NCBI GenBank assembly: GCA_041658645.1
Contig: JBAZZV010000002.1
Location: forward strand, 107,907-171,906
Direction: 5' to 3'
DNA: 64,000 bases
Source: Candidatus Margulisiibacteriota bacterium
GTDB lineage: Bacteria > Margulisbacteria > WOR-1 > O2-12-FULL-45-9 > XYB2-FULL-48-7
Part shown: positions 37,576 to 47,631 of the stretch, piece by piece
Numbering within the stretch: the stretch's first letter is position 1
Layout of the letters: every line of letters begins with the position of its first letter
Notes under the pieces: generated by a model
What the model saw: only the letters and a program-made list of their open reading frames with translations
Databases searched by the model: none
What the model was told of the DNA's origin: nothing
Translations under genes and position numbers: made by a program

Positions 37576-38040
37576 TCAATGCTTGCGGCCGCGGCCCTCA
37601 TTGCTCCGGCCCTGTTTTTGCGGCTGTCCGCCCTGCTTTTTCGACTGCCCGTAATTATTTTTCCACTGCTTGTAATTAATAGGGCTCTCATTCTTATAGA
37701 CCGCGCGGTAATTCTTTGGTACTTTGAACAAATACCCGGGAACATAGCTGCGTTGCACAATGCCCCACGGCCCCCGGTACTGGCTTGACCGATACCAGCG
37801 ATCGCCTCGCGGGGACCACCAGTAGCCGTTATAGAAGAAGACATCAAAACTGATCCCCGGCACAAAATAGATGCCGTACTGCGGCATCATGACCACAGCC
37901 GGAGGCTCCGACACGACGATGGGAGGGGGACCTATATTAATGTTAACATTGACCTCCGCCTGAGCCGTCCCCGCGAACCCGCCAACCACGAGCGCAAAAA
38001 TCAAAACAGATCCAAATAAACCATAAAGACATTTCTTCAT
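37576..38040 (-). CDS. Small secreted protein (start at MKKCLYGLF; AGGAGG RBS)
   Basis: Signal peptide; Tyr/Trp-rich mature region. Confidence 0.4.
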   Translation of the reverse strand: MKKCLYGLFGSVLIFALVVGGFAGTAQAEVNVNINIGPPPIVVSEPPAVVMMPQYGIYFVPGISFDVFFYNGYWWSPRGDRWYRSSQYRGPWGIVQRSYVPGYLFKVPKNYRAVYKNESPINYKQWKNNYGQSKKQGGQPQKQGRSNEGRGRKH

Positions 38041-38053
38041 GTTCATTTCCTCC

Positions 38054-38470
38054 TTAGAAATAATATCCCACCTGGAACTGCAGTCTGCCGGATTTAACCA
38101 CATCTATCCCAACTTCCAGGAACAAAGGTGTAACCTCAAAAAGCCGATCAAAAATAAGGGAAATATAAGGGCCGGCGGTGGAATGATCTCCCAGATAACC
38201 GACCAGGCCGCCGCTCATGGACATCGGGGATCCGCCCCTGATATTGGTCAGAAACCATTTTCCGCCGATAAAGAGAATACCCGGCGTATTGGACGTATTG
38301 GCTTCAAAACCATATCTTAACGTGGCACCGTTCGTGAGGCCGCTTTCCGCCATTAACCCCAACGCCAAACCGTCCCTTATCCCGCCAATAACGGCCGGTT
38401 GGAACGCCAGGCAACTCGATCCCAAAAGAAGCACCATAAACGCGACCAGGGAAATTGTCGTTTTTTTCAT
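38054..38470 (-). CDS. Small secreted beta-rich protein
   Basis: Signal peptide; C-terminal QFQVGYYF aromatic terminus reminiscent of OM beta-barrel signals. Confidence 0.4.
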   Translation of the reverse strand: MKKTTISLVAFMVLLLGSSCLAFQPAVIGGIRDGLALGLMAESGLTNGATLRYGFEANTSNTPGILFIGGKWFLTNIRGGSPMSMSGGLVGYLGDHSTAGPYISLIFDRLFEVTPLFLEVGIDVVKSGRLQFQVGYYF

Positions 38471-38685
38471 ATTCCCTCCTTGCAAAATATTAACGGGCGA
38501 AGATCAACGTTTGACTACAGTGAATTATATTTCACATCCCCTAGTTTTACTATATTAAGCATGCGCTTTATCCCTTGTATGTCAAGCCTTATTCTGTTTT
38601 TCGGTAAAATAATATAGCAGAAAAAAAGAGAGGGACCCTCCCTTTAAAGTATCCAAGTTATCTTTAAAGTTCGGGCCCCTGCTCT

Positions 38686-39429
38686 TTATAGAACGATCGG
38701 CTGGGAAACTGTTAGACTGATACCCTTGGAAGTGACGGTGTTCGAGCGGACAACACTGTATCCGATCTCAAATCCGGTCTTCCCGAGACCAAGGCCGAGG
38801 TCAGCCCTGATGCCATATTTGGCATCTCCACCGATCTTGCCGCTGGTCTGGCCGTTGCCATAGACAACGTAGTTCAATCCACCTGTCAGATAGCTATCAA
38901 GACCACCCATCCACTCCGCCGGCAAACTAATGATGCCGCCGCCGTAGACTGGGACAGCCTTTAAGCCTCCTCCACCCATGACATAACCTGTACCAACCTT
39001 GAACTTCACGGCATTGGCCGACAGGCCAACCATGGGCCCAAGACCGATAAAGTCATCCAACACCAGGTTGCCCATCGCCCCGATGGAACCGGAGAGCGAT
39101 CCCTTTCCAGTGCTGATATACAGACCGGAGAGAGAAGTGTTGAGCCCCATTCCGAACAATCCAGCGGAAGCGGCCGGCTTAACGACGACCGGGGCTGGCG
39201 GAACAGGAGCGACTGGCGGTGGCGGCGGTGCGATAGGAGCCGGCATGGCTTTGGCCGGAGAAGCCTTTTTCACGGCCTTCTTGACCACCTTCTTAACCAC
39301 TTTCTTCTTAACCACTTTCTTCTTGGCAACGACCTTCTTTTTAACAACGGCCGCAGCATCTGAAGAGTAGACTCCCGCAACACCGACAAAGAACGCCAAC
39401 AAAACAAATAAACCTACTAATCTTTTCAT
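38686..39429 (-). CDS. Secreted Gly-rich protein, paralog 2, with N-terminal KKKVV lysine-rich repeats
   Basis: C-domain and 3' flank about 95-100% identical at the DNA level to 35427-36020. Confidence 0.5.
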   Translation of the reverse strand: MKRLVGLFVLLAFFVGVAGVYSSDAAAVVKKKVVAKKKVVKKKVVKKVVKKAVKKASPAKAMPAPIAPPPPPVAPVPPAPVVVKPAASAGLFGMGLNTSLSGLYISTGKGSLSGSIGAMGNLVLDDFIGLGPMVGLSANAVKFKVGTGYVMGGGGLKAVPVYGGGIISLPAEWMGGLDSYLTGGLNYVVYGNGQTSGKIGGDAKYGIRADLGLGLGKTGFEIGYSVVRSNTVTSKGISLTVSQPIVL

Positions 39430-39497
39430 TGTAATTTTTCACCTCCTTATACTTAGAATTATAACAGTCGAGCCTTTTCTGTCAAGGATTGTTGCAA

Positions 39498-40319
39498 TTA
39501 ATTACCAAAGGTCAGGCGATACCCCAGCAGGACCGTCATCCCCTTATAGCTCGGGGAAAAACCGGTCTGGACGATCGCATAACCCAATTCGCCATAAACC
39601 GTCCCGCCAAAACCTTCGCTCTCCACTCCATAGTACACCTCACCGCCGACAGTCCCCTGCTTCATCCCGCTGGTCAGGGCGACATAATTAAGGCCGCAAC
39701 CGAGGTAATTCTCAACACCGGTAAACCAGCCGGGGGGGAAACTAAAGATCAGGTCAAGGTTGACCGGGACGAAGCGCCGGCCATCGACGCGGCCCTGGGC
39801 CAGCCCGGTCGCCAGCCGGAAATTGACCGTCGCTGGGCCGAAAACGATCCGCAAAGGGACCCTGACCTCACCCAGGACGCTGGTCAGCCCGGCAAAAAAA
39901 CCATAAGTCACGCCGACCTCATGGCGGAAACGGGAGCGCGGCTTGACCTCGGCCTCGGGCGAAGAGTGGACCTGTTCTTCCGGGCCGGCTTCGAGGCTGG
40001 CTAGCGCGTCGGTCGCCGCCCGGCGGGTGATCGGTTTCTGCAAGCTTTTTTTCTGGGGAGCGATCTTGGCCTTAAGTTTGGCCAGTTTGGCCTGGAGCAG
40101 ATCTATCTTATCCAGGATATCGGCCTTCAGTTGTTTTTTCTTGGCCTTGGCCAGGCGCGCTTTCAAGACCGAGATCTGTTTTTGCAGTTGTTTTATTCCA
40201 GCCTGGGCTTTAGTGAACGACGCTTTGACGGCCGGCTTGGCGACAGGTTTTTTCTGGGCCAGGCCCGGGCCGGCCAGCAATAACAGGAGAATAAGACCGA
40301 CGCATAATTGTCCGCGCAT
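39498..40319 (-). CDS. Secreted protein, paralog 3, with N-terminal coiled-coil and a related Gly-rich C-domain
   Basis: Signal peptide; LKARLAKAKKKQLKADILDKIDLLQAKLAKLKAK coiled-coil; C-domain pattern shared with paralogs 1 and 2. Confidence 0.45.
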   Translation of the reverse strand: MRGQLCVGLILLLLLAGPGLAQKKPVAKPAVKASFTKAQAGIKQLQKQISVLKARLAKAKKKQLKADILDKIDLLQAKLAKLKAKIAPQKKSLQKPITRRAATDALASLEAGPEEQVHSSPEAEVKPRSRFRHEVGVTYGFFAGLTSVLGEVRVPLRIVFGPATVNFRLATGLAQGRVDGRRFVPVNLDLIFSFPPGWFTGVENYLGCGLNYVALTSGMKQGTVGGEVYYGVESEGFGGTVYGELGYAIVQTGFSPSYKGMTVLLGYRLTFGN

Positions 40320-40406
40320 TTCTTCTCTTTAATTCTACCCTTTGCCGGCAGGTTGTCAAGCCGGTATCGCAATGCTATAATCGACGACCAATAGGGGGTA
40401 ATCGTC

Positions 40407-41102
40407 ATGAAAAAAATATTGGTGTTCGGGCTATTCTGCGCTCTGGCGGCCTCAACCGCTTCGGGCGCCCTGCTCCGAGCGGATAAAGTGCTGGTGGTCA
40501 CCGGGACCGGCCAGGTCCAGACCACGCCCGACACGGCCATAGTGCGGCTCGGGGTTGAGGTCAGCCGCAAGCTCGCCCAGGAAGCGCAAAGCGACAATGC
40601 CGCCGTCATGCAAAAAATCGCCGCGGCTATCGCCAAACTCGGGATCCCGGCCGAGAAGGTCCAAACCTCCGGCTACAATATTTGGGCGGAAACGAAGTAC
40701 GAACAGAACCAGCCCCCGAGGACCGTCGGTTATCGCTGCGCCAACCAGGTCAATGTCGTGATCGAGGACCTGGCCAAGATCTCCCGGGTGATCGACTTCG
40801 GGATTAACGCCGGCGCGAACAATGTCCAGGGAATATCTTTCTTCCGGAAAGACGACGCGGCCGCCAAACGGCTGGCGCTGGAAGGAGCGGTCAAAGACGC
40901 CGCGGCTAAAGCGCTGGCGATCGCCCAGGCCGCCAATCTCAAGCTTCGAGGGATCAAGAGCATAATTGAAAGCGGCGCGGCCGTTCTGCCGCCCAGCAAC
41001 CAGGTGGTCCGGGCGATGAGCGTGGCCGGCGAGAACACGCCGGTCTCCCCCGGCCTGGTGGAAGTGCGCGGCAATGTCAGCGTCACCTACGATGTCGACT
41101 AA
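40407..41102 (+). CDS. SIMPL/DUF541-family periplasmic protein
   Basis: Signal peptide; sequence pattern typical of the 26 kDa periplasmic immunogenic protein family. Confidence 0.6.
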   Translation: MKKILVFGLFCALAASTASGALLRADKVLVVTGTGQVQTTPDTAIVRLGVEVSRKLAQEAQSDNAAVMQKIAAAIAKLGIPAEKVQTSGYNIWAETKYEQNQPPRTVGYRCANQVNVVIEDLAKISRVIDFGINAGANNVQGISFFRKDDAAAKRLALEGAVKDAAAKALAIAQAANLKLRGIKSIIESGAAVLPPSNQVVRAMSVAGENTPVSPGLVEVRGNVSVTYDVD

Positions 41103-41143
41103 TAAGCAGGAATATACCCGTGGTCAGGCCGGTCGCGCTCTGG

Positions 41144-41524
41144 TCACGGCCGAAATTTCTCTTTTTCTTCTTCTTTCAGGCGGCTGACGACTTTTTCCCG
41201 CTTTTCCGCCATCCGGTCGAGCTTGTAAACGAAAAACAGGACCTCGGCAACCAGCGTGTACATTTCCGGTGGTATTTCCACGTCCAGCTCCAGTTTGGAC
41301 AGGAGCTTGGCCAGTTCCGGGTCTTCGTATAACGGGATCTTGTTCTCATCGGCTATCCGCAAGATCTCATCAGCGACCGGGCCGCGGCCGGAAGCGATCA
41401 CCAGCGGCGCCTTGTCCCGGTCAACATCGTATCTGATGGCGATCGCCGCCTTCCTGGCCGGCGCCGCCTTGTCTTTGTCGTCGGCCAATTCTTCACCCGG
41501 TCCGGGTATTCGCTGTTCTGCCAT
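41144..41524 (-). CDS. FlhB C-terminal domain-like protein (YlqH/EscU family fragment)
   Basis: 126 aa; KAPLVIASGRGPVADEILRIADENKIPLYEDPELAKLL matches the FlhB C-terminal domain. Confidence 0.6.
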   Translation of the reverse strand: MAEQRIPGPGEELADDKDKAAPARKAAIAIRYDVDRDKAPLVIASGRGPVADEILRIADENKIPLYEDPELAKLLSKLELDVEIPPEMYTLVAEVLFFVYKLDRMAEKREKVVSRLKEEEKEKFRP

Positions 41525-41527
41525 TAT

Positions 41528-42811
41528 TTATGCCTCAAGATCGATCTTTCTCATGACCTCATCAAGGTTGGCCAGTATCGGGATGAGGTACGGGCGGATC
41601 TTGCAGAGCGCCGGGTCGACCTTGACCTGATACCCCGTGATCAGAAAATTCTTATCGGCCAGCTTCTGCTGGAACTCGCCGTACTGCTTGGCGATCAGGC
41701 TCCGCCCCTCATCACCGTACTCCTTCTCATTAAAGACGAAGACCACATAGACCTTGTTGTCTTTAACGATCATGGTGATAACCATCTTACCCAACTGCGT
41801 GGTTTCCATGGCAATGACCACCTGCGTGTTGCGGGGATCGACCTGGGCCTCTTTCCCCTCACCCTGGCGTTTGACGACGATCTCGAAGGTCGTATGGGGC
41901 GTGGTCATGGCGTTGGGGATCTGCTGATAATGGTAATTGACCTCCTGGCGCCCTTTTTGGGACAGGATCGCCTGGGCGATAAGATTTTGCTGGAGGCTGT
42001 CCAGTTTCCCCGACACTTCCGCCATGGCGCTGGCCAAAGCCTGGGCTTCCGGAGAACCCTTGGCCGGCGCTTTTTCCTTTAAACCCTGGAGGAGCGCTTT
42101 GAGGGCGCGAACATCGTTCAAGGCGCCGATCTGCTTGAAGAGCTCCCCTTTACCGGAAAATTTATTGGAGACGTTTTGAAAAGATTCGTCGACCTGGGCG
42201 AGCAGCGCGGTCAATTGGGCCAGCAGGGACGGATCCATCAACGCCTTCCCAGCCCCCAGGGCCGACGACAGGTTGCCCAGCGCCGACTGCAGGGAAGAGA
42301 GCTGCGCCGCCAGCGCCGGGTTTTCCGACATCACCCCGCCGAGCATTTTGGCCGCGGCCGGGGAGTCGATCCCTTTCATCAGCAGGACGATGGCCGCTTC
42401 CTGCATCGTCTGTGATTTATCGCTCCCCTGGAGCATGGTCATGATCTTGACGAAATTCGAGCGGGATATTTCCAGCCCGTTGCGGACCATGAGAGAAGCC
42501 AGCTGCGTATTGGCGTCGCTTGGCTCGAGTTGTAAACTAAGAAGATGGGAACGGAGGTCTTCAACCGTTAAGGCGCGGGCAATGGTCGCGGCCGGCTTAC
42601 CAGCCACGGTGGCCTGGGCTCCGGCCTGGGCTTGCTGGGTCGGGGCGGCCTTGGACGCCGCGGAGGCCGGGGAGCTCTGGGCGGGGACATTTCTGGCCGA
42701 GCCGGTGGTTTCCGCCTGGGAAGAACTGGTCACGGAGGTCGGCTTGCTAGTCGGCCAAATGATAGGTTTTCCGGGGTGGATTCCACCCCCTTCCGCTTGA
42801 AACTCACCCAT
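41528..42811 (-). CDS. Hypothetical protein (possibly FliK-like partner of the FlhB-C-like protein)
   Basis: 427 aa; Ala/Gln-rich; translationally coupled to the downstream FlhB-like gene. Confidence 0.3.
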   Translation of the reverse strand: MGEFQAEGGGIHPGKPIIWPTSKPTSVTSSSQAETTGSARNVPAQSSPASAASKAAPTQQAQAGAQATVAGKPAATIARALTVEDLRSHLLSLQLEPSDANTQLASLMVRNGLEISRSNFVKIMTMLQGSDKSQTMQEAAIVLLMKGIDSPAAAKMLGGVMSENPALAAQLSSLQSALGNLSSALGAGKALMDPSLLAQLTALLAQVDESFQNVSNKFSGKGELFKQIGALNDVRALKALLQGLKEKAPAKGSPEAQALASAMAEVSGKLDSLQQNLIAQAILSQKGRQEVNYHYQQIPNAMTTPHTTFEIVVKRQGEGKEAQVDPRNTQVVIAMETTQLGKMVITMIVKDNKVYVVFVFNEKEYGDEGRSLIAKQYGEFQQKLADKNFLITGYQVKVDPALCKIRPYLIPILANLDEVMRKIDLEA

Positions 42812-42823
42812 AATAAAGTGCCG

Positions 42824-43543
42824 TTACTTTTTGGCCGGTTGGCCTTCAACCTTGGCTGGCGGAGCGCCTGGCGCCGATTTTTCCTTGACCTTCTCGTCCG
42901 CCACTGCCGCCGCCCCCTCGGTCGCCGCCGCGGCCACTTCGGCCGGCGTCGGGATCGGGGCCGCCACCACCTCTTCCTTGGTCGGCGGCGAACAATTGGC
43001 GATCATTTCGGTCGGGGTGGTAAGGACCTTGACCTTGGCCGTGATCGCCAGGTCGCTGACGTGGAGGGAATCGTTAATGTTCAAGGCCGAAACGTCGATC
43101 AGGAACTTATCAGGGATGTTACCCGGCAGACATTCCACTTCCACCTCGCGCAAACCGTGGACCAGGACACCGCCGGTCTCTTTGACGCCGAGCGGGATGC
43201 CGGTCAGCTCGATCCGGACCCGGGTCCGGATCGCCTCATCCATAACGATGTGGCGGAAATCAACATGGAGTATCTCGTCGGTCAACGGGTTCATCTGCAC
43301 TTCTTGGGTCAGGACGGAGATATCTTTGACCTTGCCGCCGGCGACCTTAAGGGTGACGATCGCGTTCCGCCCCGCCACGGACCTTAAAATTTGCTTGATA
43401 AAACTCTTGCCGTCAATGGCCAGCGCCAGTGCTTTGATCTTTTTACCATAGACGACCGCCGGGACCAGTCCCTGGCGGCGCAACCCTTTAAGTTTTTTCC
43501 CTATCTCTTCCCTTGGTTTGGCCTCAAGTATGATCTTTTCCAT
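42824..43543 (-). CDS. rplY: 50S ribosomal protein L25 / general stress protein Ctc
   Basis: 239 aa; L25 N-domain plus Ctc C-terminal extension. Confidence 0.85.
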   Translation of the reverse strand: MEKIILEAKPREEIGKKLKGLRRQGLVPAVVYGKKIKALALAIDGKSFIKQILRSVAGRNAIVTLKVAGGKVKDISVLTQEVQMNPLTDEILHVDFRHIVMDEAIRTRVRIELTGIPLGVKETGGVLVHGLREVEVECLPGNIPDKFLIDVSALNINDSLHVSDLAITAKVKVLTTPTEMIANCSPPTKEEVVAAPIPTPAEVAAAATEGAAAVADEKVKEKSAPGAPPAKVEGQPAKK

Positions 43544-43563
43544 AGTTCCTTATTTTACCAAAT

Positions 43564-45300
43564 CTATTGCCCCGTGTCAAAAGCTTCCTGGGTCGCCAGG
43601 CGGTTGTCCCGGTACCAGGTCAGGATGTCGCGGGCAACATAGGCGGCCGAGCGGTCGCCATGCTGGCCGTGTTCCACGAAAGAGGTAATGACGATCCGCG
43701 GCTTATCGGACGGCGCGTAACAGACGAACCAGGCGTGAGGCAAGCCCGGATTCTCGGCGGTGCCGGTCTTGCCGGCAGCCGGCAGGCCTTTGATCTTGGC
43801 CGCGATACCGGTCGCTCGCTCCACAACATCGCACAGCGCTTTTCTCAAGTAATTGATGATGATCTCATGGACCGGCGCGGCCGCCACCTGGACCTGTTTT
43901 CCCTCATAGAGCACTTCCCCGTGGCGGTCCTTGATCCGGCTGACGACATATGGCTTCATCCTTTTCCCGGTGGCGATCGTCCCGTAGACACAGGCCAGTT
44001 GAAGGGGGGTCAACTGCAAGAACCCCTGCCCGATGCCGTAGTTGATGGAGTCCCCTTCATACCACGGCTCTTTCCAAACCGCCCGCTTCCAAGCGGTATC
44101 CGGGACCAACCCTTTTTTCTCCTGCGGCAGGTCGATCCCGGTCCTCTCTCCCAGTCCGTATTGCCGGGCGTAGCTGGCCAGACGGTCGGGGCCGAGTCTC
44201 CGCCCCAGCTCATAAAAAACGACGTCGCACGACTGGGTCAAACCTTCCAGCACCGTGATCCGGCCGTGGCCACCCTCTTTCCAACATCTGGCTATCCGGC
44301 CGTTCAGGTTGTAATAACCGGGGCAATAGAGTGTCTCGGTCGTCTTGGCCAGTTGCTCCTTAAGCGCGGCCGAAAGGGTCACGACTTTAAAAGTCGACCC
44401 GGGAGGATAAATGCCGAGCGCCCGGTTCATGAAAGGGTGGCGCGGGTCGAGCAAGGCGGCCGCCCGGTGAGGATTTTTTTGGCCGATAAAGATGTTCGGA
44501 TCGTAATTAGGGTGGCTGACCAGCGCCAGGACCTCACCGCTCCAGGGGTCGAGCACCACCACCGCCCCCGGTTGGCTCCCCAGCGCTTTTTCGGCCGCCT
44601 CTTGCAGTTCGACGTCGATCGTTAATTTCACGTCGGCGCCGGGGACCGCTGCGGAAAATCCGAGCAGGCGGGTCGGCGTGCCGGCCACGTCAACCTCGAT
44701 CTTCTTGCCGCCGTCGATACCCCGGATCAGGCTATCATATTGTTTTTCCACTCCGTCCTTGCCGACCCAGTCGCCCAGCCGGTAGCCCTGCTCCTTCAAG
44801 CGTGAGAGGTCGTCCGGTTCGATCTCACCAACATAACCGAGCAGGTGCGAAGCGGTATTGTCGTGGGGATAGAAGCGGACCGGACGGACGCTGACCACGA
44901 CCCCTTCCAGCTTGTCCTTTTGCTCTTCGATCCTGACCGCGATCTCCGGCGCGAGATTATCCTTGATGATGATCGGCTTATCCGACGATGGTTTGAACTC
45001 CAGTTTTTCTCCGAGGATCGCCCCTAGCCGGGCTAGGACAACTGCTTTCTTTTTCCCCGCGCCGGCCGTCAGCAGCTGCGGCATGACCTGGACGGAAAAG
45101 ACCGGCCGGTTCTCGACCAATACCCTGTCATTCCGGTCATAGATAACGCCCCGCGCCGCCGGAGCGGGAACGGTGCGGGCGGCATTTTCGTCGGCTACCC
45201 GCCGGTACTTGTCCCCCTCGATCACCTGTAACTGCAGCAAGCGGAGGGCGAGCAGGACAAAGACCAGGCCGCAAAAAATTAGCAGGAGCCGCTTACTCAT
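43564..45300 (-). CDS. mrdA: Penicillin-binding protein 2 (elongasome transpeptidase)
   Basis: 578 aa; STFK, KTGT; immediately downstream of mreD. Confidence 0.85.
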   Translation of the reverse strand: MSKRLLLIFCGLVFVLLALRLLQLQVIEGDKYRRVADENAARTVPAPAARGVIYDRNDRVLVENRPVFSVQVMPQLLTAGAGKKKAVVLARLGAILGEKLEFKPSSDKPIIIKDNLAPEIAVRIEEQKDKLEGVVVSVRPVRFYPHDNTASHLLGYVGEIEPDDLSRLKEQGYRLGDWVGKDGVEKQYDSLIRGIDGGKKIEVDVAGTPTRLLGFSAAVPGADVKLTIDVELQEAAEKALGSQPGAVVVLDPWSGEVLALVSHPNYDPNIFIGQKNPHRAAALLDPRHPFMNRALGIYPPGSTFKVVTLSAALKEQLAKTTETLYCPGYYNLNGRIARCWKEGGHGRITVLEGLTQSCDVVFYELGRRLGPDRLASYARQYGLGERTGIDLPQEKKGLVPDTAWKRAVWKEPWYEGDSINYGIGQGFLQLTPLQLACVYGTIATGKRMKPYVVSRIKDRHGEVLYEGKQVQVAAAPVHEIIINYLRKALCDVVERATGIAAKIKGLPAAGKTGTAENPGLPHAWFVCYAPSDKPRIVITSFVEHGQHGDRSAAYVARDILTWYRDNRLATQEAFDTGQ

Positions 45301-45766
45301 CGAGCGTCACCCTGACCAGCGGATACAGCAGCGGCACCAGGATCAGGTTATAGACCGTTTCCGCCACCAGGCGGAAAATAAAATACCAGAGCGAGAACTC
45401 CCGGTGGAAAATGAAATGCAGGGTCAACCCTTCCGCCAGCACGCTCAAGGGAGTAAAGAGCGCCACCAGGCCGGCGATCAGGGTGTATTCATCGCCCATG
45501 AACCGCTCCCGGAAAGTGTTGGCCGCAGCCCCCGTGATCGTCTTGATGATCGTGTTCAGGTAAAAGGGGCAGGCCAGAATGTCCTGAAGGAAACCGGCCA
45601 GGGCGGAGAGTAAAGTGGCCGGCGTCCTCTCCAGCAGTACCGCGTAAAACACCACTGTGACCAAGACCAGGTCGGGGACCACGCCAAGAAAGTTGAAACG
45701 GGGCAGGATGACCGTTTGCAGGAGAAGGACCGCGCTGAGGTATAAGCCGATCTTAAAAGCGCGCAT
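45293..45766 (-). CDS. mreD: Rod shape-determining protein MreD
   Basis: 157 aa polytopic membrane protein in the mreBCD position. Confidence 0.6.
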   Translation of the reverse strand: MRAFKIGLYLSAVLLLQTVILPRFNFLGVVPDLVLVTVVFYAVLLERTPATLLSALAGFLQDILACPFYLNTIIKTITGAAANTFRERFMGDEYTLIAGLVALFTPLSVLAEGLTLHFIFHREFSLWYFIFRLVAETVYNLILVPLLYPLVRVTLDE

Positions 45767-45767
45767 T

Positions 45768-46580
45768 TTATTGGACCAGGAAGACCTCTTCCAACCGGGA
45801 AAAATTGACCGCCGGCTTTATTTTTATCTCGTAGAAAAGATCGGCTTCCGCCTTGGTGGCCGCGCTGACCGTGCCGATCGGTATCCCGGGCGGGAAAAGG
45901 CTCGAGATCGCCGCGGTCACGATCTGGTCCCCAACCCCGACGTCAGCCCCGCTGCTGACATAGCGGAGAAAGAGAGTGTCGGGTGAGTAACCTTCAACTA
46001 TGCCAAAATCGCGGCTCCGTTGATCGGCACCGGCGACCGAGCTCTGCGCGTCGGTCAGCAACAAGACGCGGGCGCTGCTCGGCGCCACTTCCACTACCCG
46101 GCCGACCAAACCTTCGCGGACCACGACCGGACAATCGGGTTTAACGCCGCTCCCCGCCCCTTTATCTATCTCGATCGACGATAACCAGGGTGAGCCGCTC
46201 CGGGCAATGACCCGGGCCGCCACCAACCGCCCGCCATAGCGTGGACCGCCCCGGAAATCAAGCGCTTGCCGCAGCCGTTCGTTCTCTTTGGCCAATTCCA
46301 CGAGCGTGGCCGCTTTGGCCGCCAGCGCGTTGTTCTCGCTCTTGAGGGCGGCATTCTCGCTCGCCTGGCTCCCCAGGCTAAAAACAAAACCGGGCGCCCC
46401 CGTGACTCCGCGCCAGACTACCGTCGTGGCCAGCTGGAACGGGGTAATGACGGTCGTCAGGAGAGAACGCAATCCGGCGAGGTTAAGCCAGGAAAAATAA
46501 GAGACAGCCAGGGCCAGCAAGACCACCGTGATCGCCAGGGAATAAGAGTTCTTTCTTTTAAATGGCCGGTAGCTCGTCAC
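45768..46580 (-). CDS. mreC: Rod shape-determining protein MreC
   Basis: 270 aa; TM anchor, coiled-coil, beta-rich domains. Confidence 0.8.
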   Translation of the reverse strand: MTSYRPFKRKNSYSLAITVVLLALAVSYFSWLNLAGLRSLLTTVITPFQLATTVVWRGVTGAPGFVFSLGSQASENAALKSENNALAAKAATLVELAKENERLRQALDFRGGPRYGGRLVAARVIARSGSPWLSSIEIDKGAGSGVKPDCPVVVREGLVGRVVEVAPSSARVLLLTDAQSSVAGADQRSRDFGIVEGYSPDTLFLRYVSSGADVGVGDQIVTAAISSLFPPGIPIGTVSAATKAEADLFYEIKIKPAVNFSRLEEVFLVQ

Positions 46581-47620
46581 TGGCTGCTTTTAGGCATGAT
46601 CAGGACTTTCTTGAGGGTATCGATCTCTTCCAAGATCTTCCCCGTCCCGTAGGCGACGCACGAGACCGGATCGTCCACAACGTAGACCGACATGTCGGTT
46701 TCTTGGGCGAGATACTTGTCGAGCCCGCGGAGGAGGGAACCGCCGCCCGCCATGACAATACCGCGGTCCATGATATCGGCCGCCAGTTCCGGCGGCGTTT
46801 TCTCCAGCGTCATCCGGACAGCGTCGACGACCGTCGCCACCGGTTCGGCCAGCGCGTCGCGGATCTCCGACGAGGTCAGGGTCAGGGTCTTGGGGAGGCC
46901 GGTCACCAGGTCGCGGCCGCGCACTTCGATCGTCTTCTCTTCCGGCAGAGGATAGGCGGAGCCGATATCGATCTTGATCTGCTCGGCGGTCCGCTCCCCG
47001 ATCAATAGATTATAATTCTTGCGGCAATGGGAGACGATCGCCTCGTCCATTTCGTCGCCGGCCACCCGGATCGACTTGGAGACAACGATCCCGCCCAGGG
47101 CCAGGACAGCCACTTCGGTCGTCCCGCCGCCGATGTCAACGATCATGCTCCCCTGCGCTTCGGAAACCGGCAGGTTGGCTCCGATCGCCGCCGCCATCGG
47201 CTCTTCTACCAGGTAAGCTTCGCGGGCGCCGGCATGCATGGCCGCGTCAAGCACCGCTCGCTTCTCCACGCCGGTAATGCCGGACGGAACGCCGACCACG
47301 ATCCGCGGCCGGACAAAAGCCGAACGGTTGTGGCTCTTGTTGATGAAATGACGAAGCATCATCTCGGTTATCTCAAAGTCGGCAATCACACCGTCGCGCA
47401 TCGGGCGAACGGCCACGATGTTGGCCGGAGTGCGGCCCAGCATGCTTTTGGCCTCATTACCAAAGGCGAGCGCCCGGTTATTATCTTTATTGATCGCCAC
47501 GACCGACGGTTCGCAGAGAATGATCCCCTCACCCCGGGCAAAGACCAGCGTGGTCGCGGTCCCGAGGTCGATCCCCAGGTCGCGGGAAAATTGGCCGAAA
47601 ATATAGTCGTAAAGAGACAT
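46577..47620 (-). CDS. mreB: Rod shape-determining protein MreB
   Basis: 347 aa actin-like ATPase. Confidence 0.9.
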   Translation of the reverse strand: MSLYDYIFGQFSRDLGIDLGTATTLVFARGEGIILCEPSVVAINKDNNRALAFGNEAKSMLGRTPANIVAVRPMRDGVIADFEITEMMLRHFINKSHNRSAFVRPRIVVGVPSGITGVEKRAVLDAAMHAGAREAYLVEEPMAAAIGANLPVSEAQGSMIVDIGGGTTEVAVLALGGIVVSKSIRVAGDEMDEAIVSHCRKNYNLLIGERTAEQIKIDIGSAYPLPEEKTIEVRGRDLVTGLPKTLTLTSSEIRDALAEPVATVVDAVRMTLEKTPPELAADIMDRGIVMAGGGSLLRGLDKYLAQETDMSVYVVDDPVSCVAYGTGKILEEIDTLKKVLIMPKSSQ

Positions 47621-47631
47621 TGTTTATCCTC

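Noticed and set aside
43567-44625. 352 aa plus-strand ORF
   Set aside because: Antisense to mrdA. It has typical high-GC shadow-ORF composition.
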